From an uncultured Planctomycetota bacterium (GTDB lineage Bacteria; Planctomycetota; Planctomycetia; Isosphaerales; Isosphaeraceae), in NCBI GenBank assembly GCA_963823665.1, contig CAWGMQ010000010.1, positions 2,112,001 through 2,176,000 on the forward strand: DNA of 64,000 bases, in the 5' to 3' direction. Shown here one piece after another: positions 33,794-44,681 of this stretch. Both the position numbers and the translations under genes were made by a program. Under the pieces are notes generated by a model that saw only the letters and a list, made by a program, of their open reading frames with translations, was not told where the DNA came from and made no database searches. The first letter of the stretch is position 1, and each line of letters starts with the position of its first letter.

Positions 33794-35144
33794 ATGATTC
33801 CACTGCACCGAGACGAGCCGCGGATCAACTTACCGTTGCCGGGGCCTCGCAGCGCGGGGTGGCTCGAGCGCGACCAGCGCGTCATGTCGCCTTCCTATAC
33901 GCGCATGTATCCGCTGGTCGTCCGAAGGGCGAAGGGGGCGATGATCGAGGACATGGACGGGAACCGGTTCCTCGACTTCACTGCGGGCATCGCGGTGACG
34001 AATGTCGGTCATTCGCACCCGCGCGTGGTCGCCGCGATTCGTCGCCAGTCGCGCCGATTGATTCACATGTCGGGGACGGACTTCTATTACGTGCCACAGG
34101 TTCGCCTGGCCGAGCAGCTTGCGGCGCTGGCACCGGGGAATGAGCCCAAGCGGGTGTTTTTCACCAACAGCGGGGCCGAGGCGATCGAGGCGGCGCTCAA
34201 GCTGGCGCGGCGTCATACAGGGCGCAACTGCGCGCTAGCGTTCGTGAACGCCTTTCACGGCCGAACCTATGGCGCCATGTCGCTTTCCGGGTCGAAGCCG
34301 ATGCAGCGCCGGGGCTTCTCGCCGCTGGTGCCGGATATCCACCACGCGCGGTATGGCGACCTCGAGAGTGTGCGCGCTGTTGCGCACGATCTGTCCGGCC
34401 GAAGAGCTGGCGGCGATCTTTGTCGAGCCGATCCAGGGGGAGGGTGGCTACATCGTGCCGCCTCCTGAGTTCCTGCCCGGTCTGCGCGAGCTTTGTGATG
34501 AGCACGGCGTGCTGCTGGTCTTTGATGAAGTGCAAAGCGGCATGGGCCGCACGGGCAAGATGTTTGCCTCGGAGCACTGGGGGGTGGCGGGTGACATCGT
34601 GTGCCTGGCCAAAGGGATCGCGAACGGACTTCCGCTGGGAGCGATCGTGGCTCGCGCCTCGGTGATGGATTGGCCGAGCGGGAGCCATGCGTCAACTTTC
34701 GGCGGGAATCCCGTTGCGTGTGCGGCATCGCTGGCGACCGTGCAGCTTCTGGAGGGCCGGTACATCGCCAATGCGCGGCGGCGGGGCCGGCAGCTCAAGG
34801 ATGGGCTCGAGGATCTCGCCCGTCACTTTCCGTTCGTTCGCGAGGTGCGGGGGCTTGGCCTGATGATCGGACTGGAGATCCAATCCGAGAGCGGCGAGCC
34901 CGCTCCCGGCCTGCGGGATTGGCTGATTGATCTGGCATTTCATCACGGCCTGCTGCTTTTACCGTGCGGGCCAAGCACCATTCGGTTCTGCCCGCCGTTG
35001 TGCCTGACGCGGCGGCAGGTGGAGATCGGTCTGCGACTACTGGCGGTGGTGATGTCGGCTGCCGTCGAGGAAAATGCGCGGTCGAGGAACGGGATGAGTG
35101 ATCCGACGCAGGCCTGCGAGGATCTCGAACCCGAGCCGGCGTGA
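33794..35144 (+). CDS. Class III PLP aminotransferase (GabT/acetylornithine aminotransferase-like); frameshift ~34375
   Basis: DMDGNRFLDFTAGIAV, FTNSGAEAIE, FHGRT, VEPIQGEGGY, FDEVQSGMGRTG, LAKGIANG and STFGGNP. Confidence 0.9.
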
Positions 35145-35226
35145 TTGCGGGCTCTCGCGTGAGACGACTCGCGGGGCCGCACACGCCCCGAGCAGGACGA
35201 CACAATTCAAGAGGAGGCGACAACCC

Positions 35227-36653
35227 ATGACTGCAACAGCCGAAATGACGGCCCCCCCGCACTTCGAATGGAAGCGCTGGCCGGAAACCGACGACTTGCT
35301 TGACGAGGCGATCAAGCTGGCTCTGGAGGGCAACAGCCTGGCGGCTGCGCTCGCGAGCCGGATGCCGCGGGAGACAGGCACGCAGTTCAAGGTCTGGATT
35401 GACCACGTTGTGTTGCGAGGTGGACGGGCGCTTGCGGGCCGGCTGGTCGATCTGGGCTATGAGCGACAGGCGACACCGTATTCGGTGGGCGTTCCGCTGT
35501 TCGCGCATTCGGGGGGGATGTTTCCGCCGATTGCCCTCGAGGCTGCGAAGCCGGGTAGCCCCCATCCTGAGGATCTGCAGGTCCCGGAAATCGCCCTCAA
35601 GGTTGAGTCGGTGGCCGATTTTTCTCGAGCGCACGACCTGGGCCTGCGAATCGCGGGTTATGCGATCGGCCCGTACCGGGTGGCGAAGATCGCGGGGACG
35701 GGGACGACGCTGGCGGTGGTCGAACGGCGCGGTTATCGCGGATTCGAGCCTTATCCCGGCGAGCTGGCGCGCGAGGGACGCATGAAGCCGCACGCCGCAC
35801 GCGATGCACTCGCCGCGCGCGATCTCTGGCATGGCCGCCGGCGCCGATTCGATGATGACGAAGAGGGAATCGCGGCGACCGAGGCGACGCTCGAGCAGGT
35901 CATCGAGCTGGCCGGTTCAAGGGATCTGGCGTGCCATTTGATATTTGAAGCCGAGCGGTCTTACTGGGAGTCGCGCAATCGCGCCGTGCGCGTGCAAAAG
36001 GCGCGGCAAGACCGATTGGGACTGGGATGGGCGAACCATGACCATCACACGTTTCGCTGCTCGCGGCGGTTTTTCCCGCGGATCATGACGATGTTCAAAC
36101 GATTGGGCTTTGCGCTGCGGAGCGCTTTCACGCGGGCGCACACGCGGGCTGGGGGGCGCAGATCCTCGAGCACCCGACGACCGGCATTGTGATCTTCGCG
36201 GATCTCGATCTCGCACCTGAGGAAGCGACGGAGGATTTTGCAACTCAAGTGCTTCCGGAGCTGCCGCGTCCTGGAACGGTTGGACTCTGGGTGGCGCTGC
36301 ACGGCGAGTCGATACTTGAGGCTGGCATGCATCATCTTGAAGCGCAGTTTGATTTTGAAGCGTTGCGTGAAGGGATCAAGGCCGAAGCCGGCATCGAGAC
36401 GATGCCGCCGTTCTCGAACTTTCCATTCCTGCGGCAGGCGTTCACGGCGGGGGAGCGCTGGAATGTCTCGGCGCATCGCGCGGACCGGGCACTTGCGCTC
36501 GGGTGGATTGATGCCGAGCAGCATCAGAAGTTTCTCCGGGAAGGCACGATCGGCAGCCATCTGGAGAACCTCGAGAGGCGCGAGGGCTACAAGGGCTTCA
36601 ATCAGCAGGCCGTGAGCGCCATCATCGCGGCGACGGATCCGCGGCTGCATTGA
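35227..36653 (+). CDS. Conserved hypothetical protein, possible VOC-fold metalloenzyme; frameshift ~36120
   Basis: GWANHDHHTFR, AGMHHLEAQFDF and SHLENLERREGYKGFNQ; two ORF-track pieces join with one added base. Confidence 0.6.
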
Positions 36654-36670
36654 CTCTGGAGATCAGTGAG

Positions 36671-37120
36671 ATGGACGTGCGGTATCTGCTCATCGCCCGA
36701 TACGCAGAAGTTGTGCAAGACGGGTCCGTCAATTTGATCGGTGCCGGTTCGGATGTCCATTTGACTTCGGCACTTCCCACCGCCTTGCCGATGTTGTACG
36801 TTGTCGCTCAAGTGGCATTGGACATGGAAGACGCTGCGAGTTCGCACACGCTGAAGATTCGGGTTGTCGATCCGCAAGGCGGGCAGATTGCCGAGACCGA
36901 TATGATCAATATCGACGCGCAAGCGAATGTTCCAGGCGATCGAGAACACCTCGGTGCGAAGATCGTTTTAGGATTGCAAAACATCGAGTTGAAAGTGTAT
37001 GGCCGCTACCGAATTCAGCTCTATTATGATGAAGGCATCGTGAAGCAAGCCCAATTGCGAGTCGATCCGGTTCAGGGGGACGCACCAGCGAGTTCTGGTG
37101 CCCAGGGAGCGGATGCGTGA
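36671..37120 (+). CDS. DUF6941-like beta-sandwich protein
   Basis: MDVRYLLIARYAEVVQDGSVNLIG...LKIRVVDPQG...GRYRIQLYYD pattern recalled from DUF6941; GGAG RBS upstream. Confidence 0.55.
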   Translation: MDVRYLLIARYAEVVQDGSVNLIGAGSDVHLTSALPTALPMLYVVAQVALDMEDAASSHTLKIRVVDPQGGQIAETDMINIDAQANVPGDREHLGAKIVLGLQNIELKVYGRYRIQLYYDEGIVKQAQLRVDPVQGDAPASSGAQGADA

Positions 37121-38005
37121 ATTGCTATCAAAAAACGATCGATCTTGGGCGGCTGCGACGGGGCGGCGAGAGCCACCAACCAGATTCCGCGGTGGCATTC
37201 CTCCCGGGTCCGGTGGCGGCGGTGCGAAGGGGCGACGCCTGCACGCCCAGCACGCGAGTGATTCGAAGTAAGGTTGAACGCTGGACCTTCGCATCGCAAC
37301 GCTTGGAGGATTTGGTCGTCGCGCGCGACGACATAGTCGTGTTCATTTCCGTCAAGGGACGTTCACCGCGGTCGTTTGGACAGGCTTGGTTCTCCGGATC
37401 GAAGTCGAGCCCGGAATCCTTCTCGCTTGGCGTTCCGCTGAATGATCCGACGGACTCGCCGAGTGTCCCACCATTGTCCAAGCGCGACCGCGAAGAGTAC
37501 GAGAAGCTGTACGGCCAACTCGGATGGTGGAAGGGGCCGTTCGCTTCGCCCGAGGCGCAAAACGCCACACGTGATTTCTGGATCAAGAAGGGCGCCGCGG
37601 GAGCAGAATGGCTTGCCGAGCGGGTTCGCAGCGAAACTCACACTGATGCGCTCGAAGCCGTGGGCAACCTGATCGCCGATATCGGGTGCGCGGCCATCGA
37701 CCCAATCATTCGCAAGCTACGAAATGCGACGAGTCGCGATCAGTCCGAAGTCCTGCTGAAAGCGCTAAGCTGGATTGAGAAGACCCAAGATGCGCCTGCC
37801 CTCGATCTGGAGCTTCTTGAAAAGACTCTGGAGAAGTATTTCCTGGATCAGGACGCCGATATTCGAGCGGCGGCGTACGCCGCCACAGGGATCCTTCCGC
37901 GAGATCGAGCGATCGTTCGACTTGATAGGAGACGACCCCTCGAGCGAGAACCCCTCAGCCCTCGAAGCGCTTGACGAAGCACGCGACGCTCGACTCACGC
38001 TCTGA
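37117..38005 (+). CDS. Protein with low-structure N-terminus and C-terminal HEAT-like repeats (putative antitoxin); likely frameshift near 37950
   Basis: LEAVGNLIADIG..AIDPIIRKL, VLLKALSWI, FLDQDADIRAAAYAATG; the alternate frame continues SALEALDEARDARLTL* to 38005; start overlaps the upstream stop (GTGA). Confidence 0.55.
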
Positions 38006-38009
38006 ACCA

Positions 38010-38507
38010 GTGGGTTTGGTTCTACGGTTTATCAGGAAGAATCGATGGGAGAACAAGAACCCGGATTCGGAGGACGACGTCGCGACAGCCGCCGCAGACT
38101 TCAAACTTCGACCGAACGAAAACGCCCTCTCGTTTTATCTGGTACTGGACGAAGAGGAGGGTCGCCGGATCGCGACGGCGTTCAAAATGATTCAAATGGA
38201 TAAGCGGCCGGATTTCGTAGATTTCATGGTGTTGCCCAGGTCGCTCCTCGCCGAATTCGGTGTCTCGCTCAAAGATCAGCCTGAACCCAAACTTCCCGCG
38301 ATCTTGTCCTCTCGTCATCTAGAAACGGTCGGGCCGCAGCACGAGGCCGAGAGTGCTTTAATAAGGAAGCTGCTTGATCCGAGTAATGGTCGAATCTTTC
38401 GCGTTAAGCGAGAAGAGGCCATCCAGGTTGCCAGGACACTGGTCGCGGAAGACCCTGACTTGCTCGAGCGGCTCGGAGCGCATTGGCGGAAGGCGATCGG
38501 GCGCTGA
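38010..38507 (+). CDS. Putative ADP-ribosyltransferase-fold toxin-like protein
   Basis: GTG 4 nt after the upstream stop; LRFIRKNRW (Arg strand), NALSFY (Ser strand), DFMVL and SRHLE. Fold is inferred. Confidence 0.5.
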   Translation: MGLVLRFIRKNRWENKNPDSEDDVATAAADFKLRPNENALSFYLVLDEEEGRRIATAFKMIQMDKRPDFVDFMVLPRSLLAEFGVSLKDQPEPKLPAILSSRHLETVGPQHEAESALIRKLLDPSNGRIFRVKREEAIQVARTLVAEDPDLLERLGAHWRKAIGR

Positions 38508-38559
38508 GACATTCATTCCAACGACAGCCTCTGAGATCAGACCGGAGAAGTGAAATCCC

Positions 38560-40204
38560 GTGACCGTTGTGCCGGCAAAAACCGCGGCTCCTCAGCGCTC
38601 GAACGCCGACCTTCGCTCGCTTACGAGTGAGCTTCTCGTCCAGGCGGAGCAATTGCGTCAGGGAGGGGGCAGGGGGGCGATCGAGCGCCAGCACGCCAAG
38701 GGCGCAAAACGGCGCGTGAGCGGATCGCAGCGCTCTTCGATCCGGGTGCTCCCACGCTCGAGATCGGCCTCTGGGCGGGGTATCAAGTCTATGACGAATG
38801 GGGCGGCGCACCGGCGGCGGGGGTTGTCACGGTGATGGGATCGGTGGCCTCGCGGCGCGTGATGGTTGTCGCTAATGATGCGACGGTCAAGGCTGGTGCG
38901 TGCTTCCCGATGACGATCAAGAAGATCCTGCGCGCCCAGTCGATCGCCGCCCAGAACCGGCTTCCGCTCGTCTACCTCGTCGACTCTTCGGGAGTGTTTC
39001 TGCCGATGCAGGACGAAGTCTTTCCGGATGAGGACGACTTCGGCCGCATCTTTCGCAACAATGCCGTGCTGTCGGGGCAGGGGATTCCCCAGTACGCTGC
39101 GATCATGGGGAACTGCGTGGCGGGCGGAGCCTATCTGCCGGTGCTTTGCGACACGGTGCTCATGACGGAGGGATCAGGCTTGTATCTGGCCGGCCCGGCG
39201 CTGGTGAAAGCGGCGATCGGCCAGGAAATCTCGCACGACGAGCTGGGCGGCGCGCGGTGCATTCGGCGATCAGCGGCACGATCGACTATCACGAGAAGGA
39301 TGACGACACGTGCTTGGCGCGGCTGCGCCGGCTGATCGGTCTCTTGCCGCCGGACCCGATTCCGCCGGTGGCGGCAGCCACGATCGAGCCGCCGGGCCGG
39401 CCCGCCGAGGATCTCTATGACCTGGTGCGCTCTGATCCTTCGGCCCAGTATGACGTGCGCGAGCTGCTTCGCGCGATCCTGGACGGCGGCCGGCTCGACG
39501 AATATCGGGCTGAGTATGGCCGAACGCTCGTCTGCGGCTTCGGCGCAGCTCGGCGGAAATGCGCTGGGAATCGTCGCGAGCCAGCGACTGAGGTTTCGGC
39601 CCGAGGGAGGCGGCCCGATCCAGTTCGGCGGCGTGATCTATGCTGACAGCGCCGACAAGGCCGCACGGTTCGTGCTCGAGTGCAATCAGACGCGGGTGCC
39701 GATCCTTTTTATCCAGGACGTGAACGGGTTCGACGTCGGCCGCGATGCCGAGCGCACCGGCATCATTCGCCGGGCGCAAAGCTCGTGAGTGCGGTGAGCA
39801 ACAGCAGGGTGCCCAAGATCACGTTGATTGTGGGCCATTCGTTCGGTGCAGGCCACTACGCGCTCTGCGGCAAGGCGTTCGATCCCCGGTTCATCTTCGC
39901 CTGGCCGGGCGCACGCTATGCGGTGATGGGTGCACAGCAAGCCGCCCGCACGATGCTGGATGTGAACGTGGCGGCGCTCAAGCGCGAGAAGAAAGAGATC
40001 GACGACCGCGAGCAAGCAGCGATGGCCGAGCAATTGCGGCAGCGCTACGACCGCGAGACCGACATTCGCTACGCCGCGGCGCGGCTGTGGATCGACGCGA
40101 TCATCGACCCGGCGCAGACGCGTGAGGTGCTCTCGCTGGCGCTTGACACCGCCGTGAGACAACGCGAGCTCGAGCCGATTACCACGGGAGTGTTTCAGGT
40201 GTGA
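38560..40204 (+). CDS. Acyl-CoA carboxylase carboxyltransferase (MccB/AtuC-like); several frameshifts
   Basis: RQHAKG, VANDATVKAG, YLVDSSGVFLP, MGNCVAGGAY, IQDVNGFDVG, SFGAGHYALCG, YAAARLWIDAIIDP and C-terminal GVFQV. Confidence 0.9.
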
Positions 40205-40276
40205 TTTGGCGAGCCTTCTGTTCTGAGCTAACCTGCAGGCTGGGTTAATTTCACGATATCGTCGAGATTTATCGCT

Positions 40277-41710
40277 TTGATATCCAATAATCAAATTAAT
40301 GATTCTCGTTCCTTGCGAGTCGGCAACGGGGCCGGCTTCTGGGGCGATAACCTGGACGCGCCCTTTTTACTGGCCCGCGACGGCGAGATCGATTTCTTGA
40401 CGCTGGAATACCTCGCCGAGCTGACGATGGCGATCCTCAGCCATCTTCGGTCCCGGGACGCGGCGGCCGGCTTTGTGACTGATTTCCCGGAGCTGCTCGA
40501 GCGTCTAGCTCCGCTCTTGAAGGAGCAAGACGGTCTTCGAGTGGTGACGAACGCCGGCGGGCTCAATCCTCCGTCCTGCGCGGCCCGCTGCGGAGCCATA
40601 CTCGAAGCGGCGGGATTGTCCGAGATTCCGCTCGGGATGGTTACCGGCGATGACGTGCTCGATCGCGTTGCCGGCGGTGGGTCGAGCAGGGCATCGATCT
40701 CTCGCATCTGGAGACTGGCGAATCGATCTCGACCGTCTCTGACCGGCTGGTCGCAGCGAACGTTTATTTCGGAGCGCGGGGGATTGCTGCAGGCGCTCGC
40801 GGGTGGTGCTCGCATCGTATTGACCGGGCGAGTGGCGGATGCCTCGCTCACGCTGGGGCCGGCGGTCGCGCATCATGGCTGGGGGTGGGACGATTGGAAT
40901 TCGCTGGCCGGCGCCTCGACGGCGGGGCATTTGATCGAATGTGGGGCACAGGCGACTGGTGGTCTCTGGCACCGCTGGGAGCAGCTCGCCGACCCTGCGG
41001 GAATTGGTTATCCGATCGCGGAGATCGAGGCTGACGGCTCGTGTGCGATCACCAAGCCCTCGGGAACTGGCGGGCTGGTGAGCGTCAATACGGTTGCCGA
41101 GCAGTTGCTGTACGAGATCGATGATCCGAGTTGCTATCATACGCCCGATGTGGACGTCGATTTCACGAGTCTGGAATTGAGCCAAGCCGGGCAGGAGCGG
41201 GTGTCGGTCAAGGGCGCGACGGGGCGGCCGCCGTCGGACAGGCTCAAGCTGGTGGCGGTCTATCGAGACGGGTGGACTGCCAGCGGAATGGTGGCTGTTG
41301 TGGGCCGGAATGCGGAAGCAAAAGCGCGGGCGGCGGGGGAGCTCGTTCTGGAACGGGTTCGCCGGGCGGGTGTCACGCTGTCGGCCTCGCTGGTGGAGTG
41401 TTTGGGGGCAGGCGACGTGGCGCCGGGCGTGCTGGCGCCGGCAGCGCCGCCGTTTGAGGTGGTGCTGCGGGTGACAGTGCGCGACGCCCAGCGTGCGGCG
41501 GTGGAGCGGTTCTGCCGGGAGCTGGCGCCGCTTGTGACGGCGGGCCCGCCGGGAATCGTCGGGTATGCGGCGGGAAGGCCGGCACCGCGGCCCGCGTTCG
41601 GGTACTGGCCTGCGCTTGTGCCGCGGGCGATTGCGGAATCTCGAACGCGGGTCGAGGTCAGGGGTGCGTCAGAGTGGGCGAAGGCATTGCGTCCATCGAC
41701 CAAATCGTGA
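40277..41710 (+). CDS. atuA: AtuA family (DUF1446) acyclic-terpene-utilisation protein; two compensating indels at ~40675-40790
   Basis: VGNGAGFWGD, LEYLAELTM, TNAGGLNP, TGRVADA and GHLIECGAQATGG; the alternate frame gives the expected DRLVAANVYFGARGI. Confidence 0.88.
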   Translation: MISNNQINDSRSLRVGNGAGFWGDNLDAPFLLARDGEIDFLTLEYLAELTMAILSHLRSRDAAAGFVTDFPELLERLAPLLKEQDGLRVVTNAGGLNPPSCAARCGAILEAAGLSEIPLGMVTGDDVLDRVAGGGSSRASISRIWRLANRSRPSLTGWSQRTFISERGGLLQALAGGARIVLTGRVADASLTLGPAVAHHGWGWDDWNSLAGASTAGHLIECGAQATGGLWHRWEQLADPAGIGYPIAEIEADGSCAITKPSGTGGLVSVNTVAEQLLYEIDDPSCYHTPDVDVDFTSLELSQAGQERVSVKGATGRPPSDRLKLVAVYRDGWTASGMVAVVGRNAEAKARAAGELVLERVRRAGVTLSASLVECLGAGDVAPGVLAPAAPPFEVVLRVTVRDAQRAAVERFCRELAPLVTAGPPGIVGYAAGRPAPRPAFGYWPALVPRAIAESRTRVEVRGASEWAKALRPSTKS

Positions 41711-41748
41711 ACAATTCAGGGCGAAGCCGCAGAGTGAGGGAGCCGGCG

Positions 41749-42087
41749 ATGTCACATGAATCACCAAAAATCCGTCTAGGCGAGCTGGCGCACACGCGAA
41801 GTGGCGACAAGGGTGATCGATCGAACATCGGCGTCATTGCGAACGACGCCGCAGACTACCCGTGGCTGCGAACGCACTTGACCGAGGAGGCCGTCGGAGC
41901 ATTCTTGCGTCCGATGGGGATCGGCAAGGTCAAGCGTTTTGAGCTGCCGAGGCTGCACGCGTTCAATTTCATCATTGATCATGCTCTGGCAGGGGGTGCG
42001 AGCCGGTCGCTTCGAATCGACACGCAGGGCAAGGCACTGGGGACGATTCTGCTCGAGCTCCCGATCAAGAGCCCCCAAAAAGACTGA
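41749..42087 (+). CDS. AtuA-associated small protein (stand-alone AtuA C-terminal-like domain)
   Basis: AHTRSGDKGD.SNIGV..FNFII..ALAGG..SLRIDTQGK. Confidence 0.85.
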   Translation: MSHESPKIRLGELAHTRSGDKGDRSNIGVIANDAADYPWLRTHLTEEAVGAFLRPMGIGKVKRFELPRLHAFNFIIDHALAGGASRSLRIDTQGKALGTILLELPIKSPQKD

Positions 42088-42113
42088 CGCCAATCTCGGA
42101 AGGGTTCCCATCA

Positions 42114-42908
42114 ATGAGCACACATCTCACACTTCGGGAAGATCGAGGACCGATTGCGATTCTGACTCTGAATCGTCCCGATCAACGCAACGCCCTTTCT
42201 CGCGCGCTCGTGGCCGCGCTTCGCGATCGGATCGACCAGATTCGCGTGGAGGAGCACACGCGAGTCGTGGTGCTCACGGGAGCCGGCGCGACGTTTTGCT
42301 CGGGAATGGATTTGAAAGAGGCGGCCGCGGTTTCTGAAGGTGCCGATGGCGAACAGACGACGATCGCGATCCTTCAGCAGTTTGCGGACCTGCTGCAGTG
42401 CCTGCACGCGCTATCCAAGCCGACAATCGCCGCGGTGGCCGGGGATGCATTCGCGGGTGGGGCGGGTCTGATGGCGGCGTGCGACCTGGTCGTGGCGGCC
42501 GAGAGTGCACAGATCGGTTATCCGGAGATCAAGCGCGGCCTGGTGGCTTCGATCGTGATGCATGACGTGTCCCGTCAGATTGGGGATCGTCGCGCACGCC
42601 AGTTGCTTCTGAGTGGCGAGCCGATCTCGGCTGTGGTCGCGAAGGAGTGGGGAATGGTCAATGTGGTGGCGCCCTTGGAGAGCTGTCTGGCGGAGGCGAT
42701 CCGGCTGGCCGAGGGCCTACTCCAAAGCGGCCCGCAGGCGATCGGCACGACGAAGCGGCTGCTCGACGAAGCGTTTCGGCGGCCGCACGACCTCCGTGGC
42801 GCCGCGGCGGTCAGCGCGGCCGTGCGGGTTTCTGACGAGGCCCGTGAGGGCATCCGTGCATTTGTCGAAAAACGCCTCCCCACGTGGGCCTCGTCCACTT
42901 CCCGTTGA
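42114..42908 (+). CDS. Enoyl-CoA hydratase/methylglutaconyl-CoA hydratase-like
   Basis: LNRPDQRNAL, FCSGMDL, AGGAGL, YPEIKRGL and EGIRAFVEKR. Confidence 0.9.
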   Translation: MSTHLTLREDRGPIAILTLNRPDQRNALSRALVAALRDRIDQIRVEEHTRVVVLTGAGATFCSGMDLKEAAAVSEGADGEQTTIAILQQFADLLQCLHALSKPTIAAVAGDAFAGGAGLMAACDLVVAAESAQIGYPEIKRGLVASIVMHDVSRQIGDRRARQLLLSGEPISAVVAKEWGMVNVVAPLESCLAEAIRLAEGLLQSGPQAIGTTKRLLDEAFRRPHDLRGAAAVSAAVRVSDEAREGIRAFVEKRLPTWASSTSR

Positions 42909-42992
42909 AGCTGATTGGACCATGGCACAGAAAACGAGCCGCTCCAGGTCTGGCAGGTCATCTGGAACCGCTGGGACGAGGACATTCATCCC

Positions 42993-44681
42993 ATGAATCG
43001 AGCAGCGGGAGACGTGCAACCCTGGGTATGGAATGAGACGGTTGGCGGTGTGCTCGCGCGCACAGCCGGCCTTTATCCCGATCAGGACGCCGTGGTGTTC
43101 CCGCAGCTCAATCTGCGCTGGTCCTGGCGAGAGCTTGATGAGCGGGTCAATCAGGTGGCGCGCTGGTTCATCGAGCTTGGTGCCCTTGCGGGTGAGAATC
43201 TGGGCATCTGGTCGATGAACGTGCCGGAGTGGGTCGTCACTCAGTTTGCGGCTGGGCGAATCGGCGCGGTTCTTGTAAATGTCAATCCAGCCTATCGTGT
43301 GCATGAGCTTTCGGACGCGCTGCGTATGGCCGACGTGGCGACCCTGATCGCCGGCAGCCCGTTCAAGGGCTCGAATTTCGTCGCAATGGTCGAATCCCTG
43401 TGTCCGGAGGTGGCTTCCGCTTCATCACGTGACTGGACCTGCGAGCGATTTCCCCGCTTGAAGCGAGTGATTTCACTGGGAGACCGGCCGGGGCCGGGCT
43501 GGATTACGTGGGCAGATGGGCAATCAGGACCGCTTGCGGGCGCGGATGGGCTGGAGGCACGCACTTCTGCCGTGCGGGCAGAGGACGTGCACAACATTCA
43601 GTTCACGTCGGGGACAACCGGGCTGCCCAAAGGAGCGATGCTCACTCACCGCAACGTGCTTCTGAATGCGTTCTACACCGGCGAGCGCCTTCGCTATTCC
43701 TCGGCCGATCGAGTCTGTGTGCCGGTGCCGTTCTACCATTGTTTCGGGTGCGTGCTGGGGAACCTGGTGTGCGCCGTCTACGGCGCGGCGATCGTCGTAC
43801 CCGCTCCGTCGTTTGATGCCGGGGCGACGCTCGCGGCGATCGACCGCGAGCGATGCACGGCGGTGTACGGTGTTCCAACGATGTACATCTCGCAACTCGA
43901 ACACCCTGACTTCCCGCGGTTTGATCTCTCGAGCCTTCGTACTGGAATCATGTCGGGGGCGCCGTGCCCGCTGCCGCTGATGCAGAAGGTCGTCTCCTCG
44001 ATGGGTATCCGCGAGATTTGTATCGGATACGGCCAGACCGAGGCGTCGCCGATCATCACTTTCACATCGGCGGACGACGCGCTTGAAGTCAGGGTGGGAA
44101 CCGTCGGCGCTCCCATTCCTGAACTCGACGTCAAGCTGGTCGACACCGTCTCCGGTGCCCTTGTACGCTCGGGCGAGACCGGCGAGCTTTGCGTGCGCGG
44201 CCACTGCGTGATGGCGGGGTATTACAATAATCCCGAAGCGAGCGAGCGAGCGATCGACGCCGCCGGCTGGCTGCACACCGGTGACCTCGCTCGGTGCCGC
44301 GACGACGGGAATTACAGGATCGTCGGAAGAAGCAAGGAAATGATCATTCGTGGAGGTGAAAATATCTACCCAGCCGAGATCGAGGAATTCCTGCACCGGC
44401 ACCAGGGAGTCGCCGAAGTTGCCGTGGCCGGTGTGCCCGACCCCAAATACGGCGAGGTGGTGGCTGCGTGGGTCGTGCCCAAGTCCGGGGCTTCCCTCAC
44501 AGCCGAAGATGTGAAGTGCTACTGTCGCGATCAGATCGCGTATTTTAAGATACCACAATATGTTATGCTTGTTGAACAGTTGCCGAGAACCGTCACCGGC
44601 AAGATTCGCAAGCACGTGCTCAAGGAGCAGGCGATCGGCGAGCTGGGATTGAGTGAAGCAGCACGGGTCGAGACAGCTTAG
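42993..44681 (+). CDS. AMP-binding acyl-CoA synthetase
   Basis: QFTSGTTGLPKG, YGQTE, WLHTGD, GRSKEMIIRGGENI and TGKIRK. Confidence 0.92.
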   Translation: MNRAAGDVQPWVWNETVGGVLARTAGLYPDQDAVVFPQLNLRWSWRELDERVNQVARWFIELGALAGENLGIWSMNVPEWVVTQFAAGRIGAVLVNVNPAYRVHELSDALRMADVATLIAGSPFKGSNFVAMVESLCPEVASASSRDWTCERFPRLKRVISLGDRPGPGWITWADGQSGPLAGADGLEARTSAVRAEDVHNIQFTSGTTGLPKGAMLTHRNVLLNAFYTGERLRYSSADRVCVPVPFYHCFGCVLGNLVCAVYGAAIVVPAPSFDAGATLAAIDRERCTAVYGVPTMYISQLEHPDFPRFDLSSLRTGIMSGAPCPLPLMQKVVSSMGIREICIGYGQTEASPIITFTSADDALEVRVGTVGAPIPELDVKLVDTVSGALVRSGETGELCVRGHCVMAGYYNNPEASERAIDAAGWLHTGDLARCRDDGNYRIVGRSKEMIIRGGENIYPAEIEEFLHRHQGVAEVAVAGVPDPKYGEVVAAWVVPKSGASLTAEDVKCYCRDQIAYFKIPQYVMLVEQLPRTVTGKIRKHVLKEQAIGELGLSEAARVETA

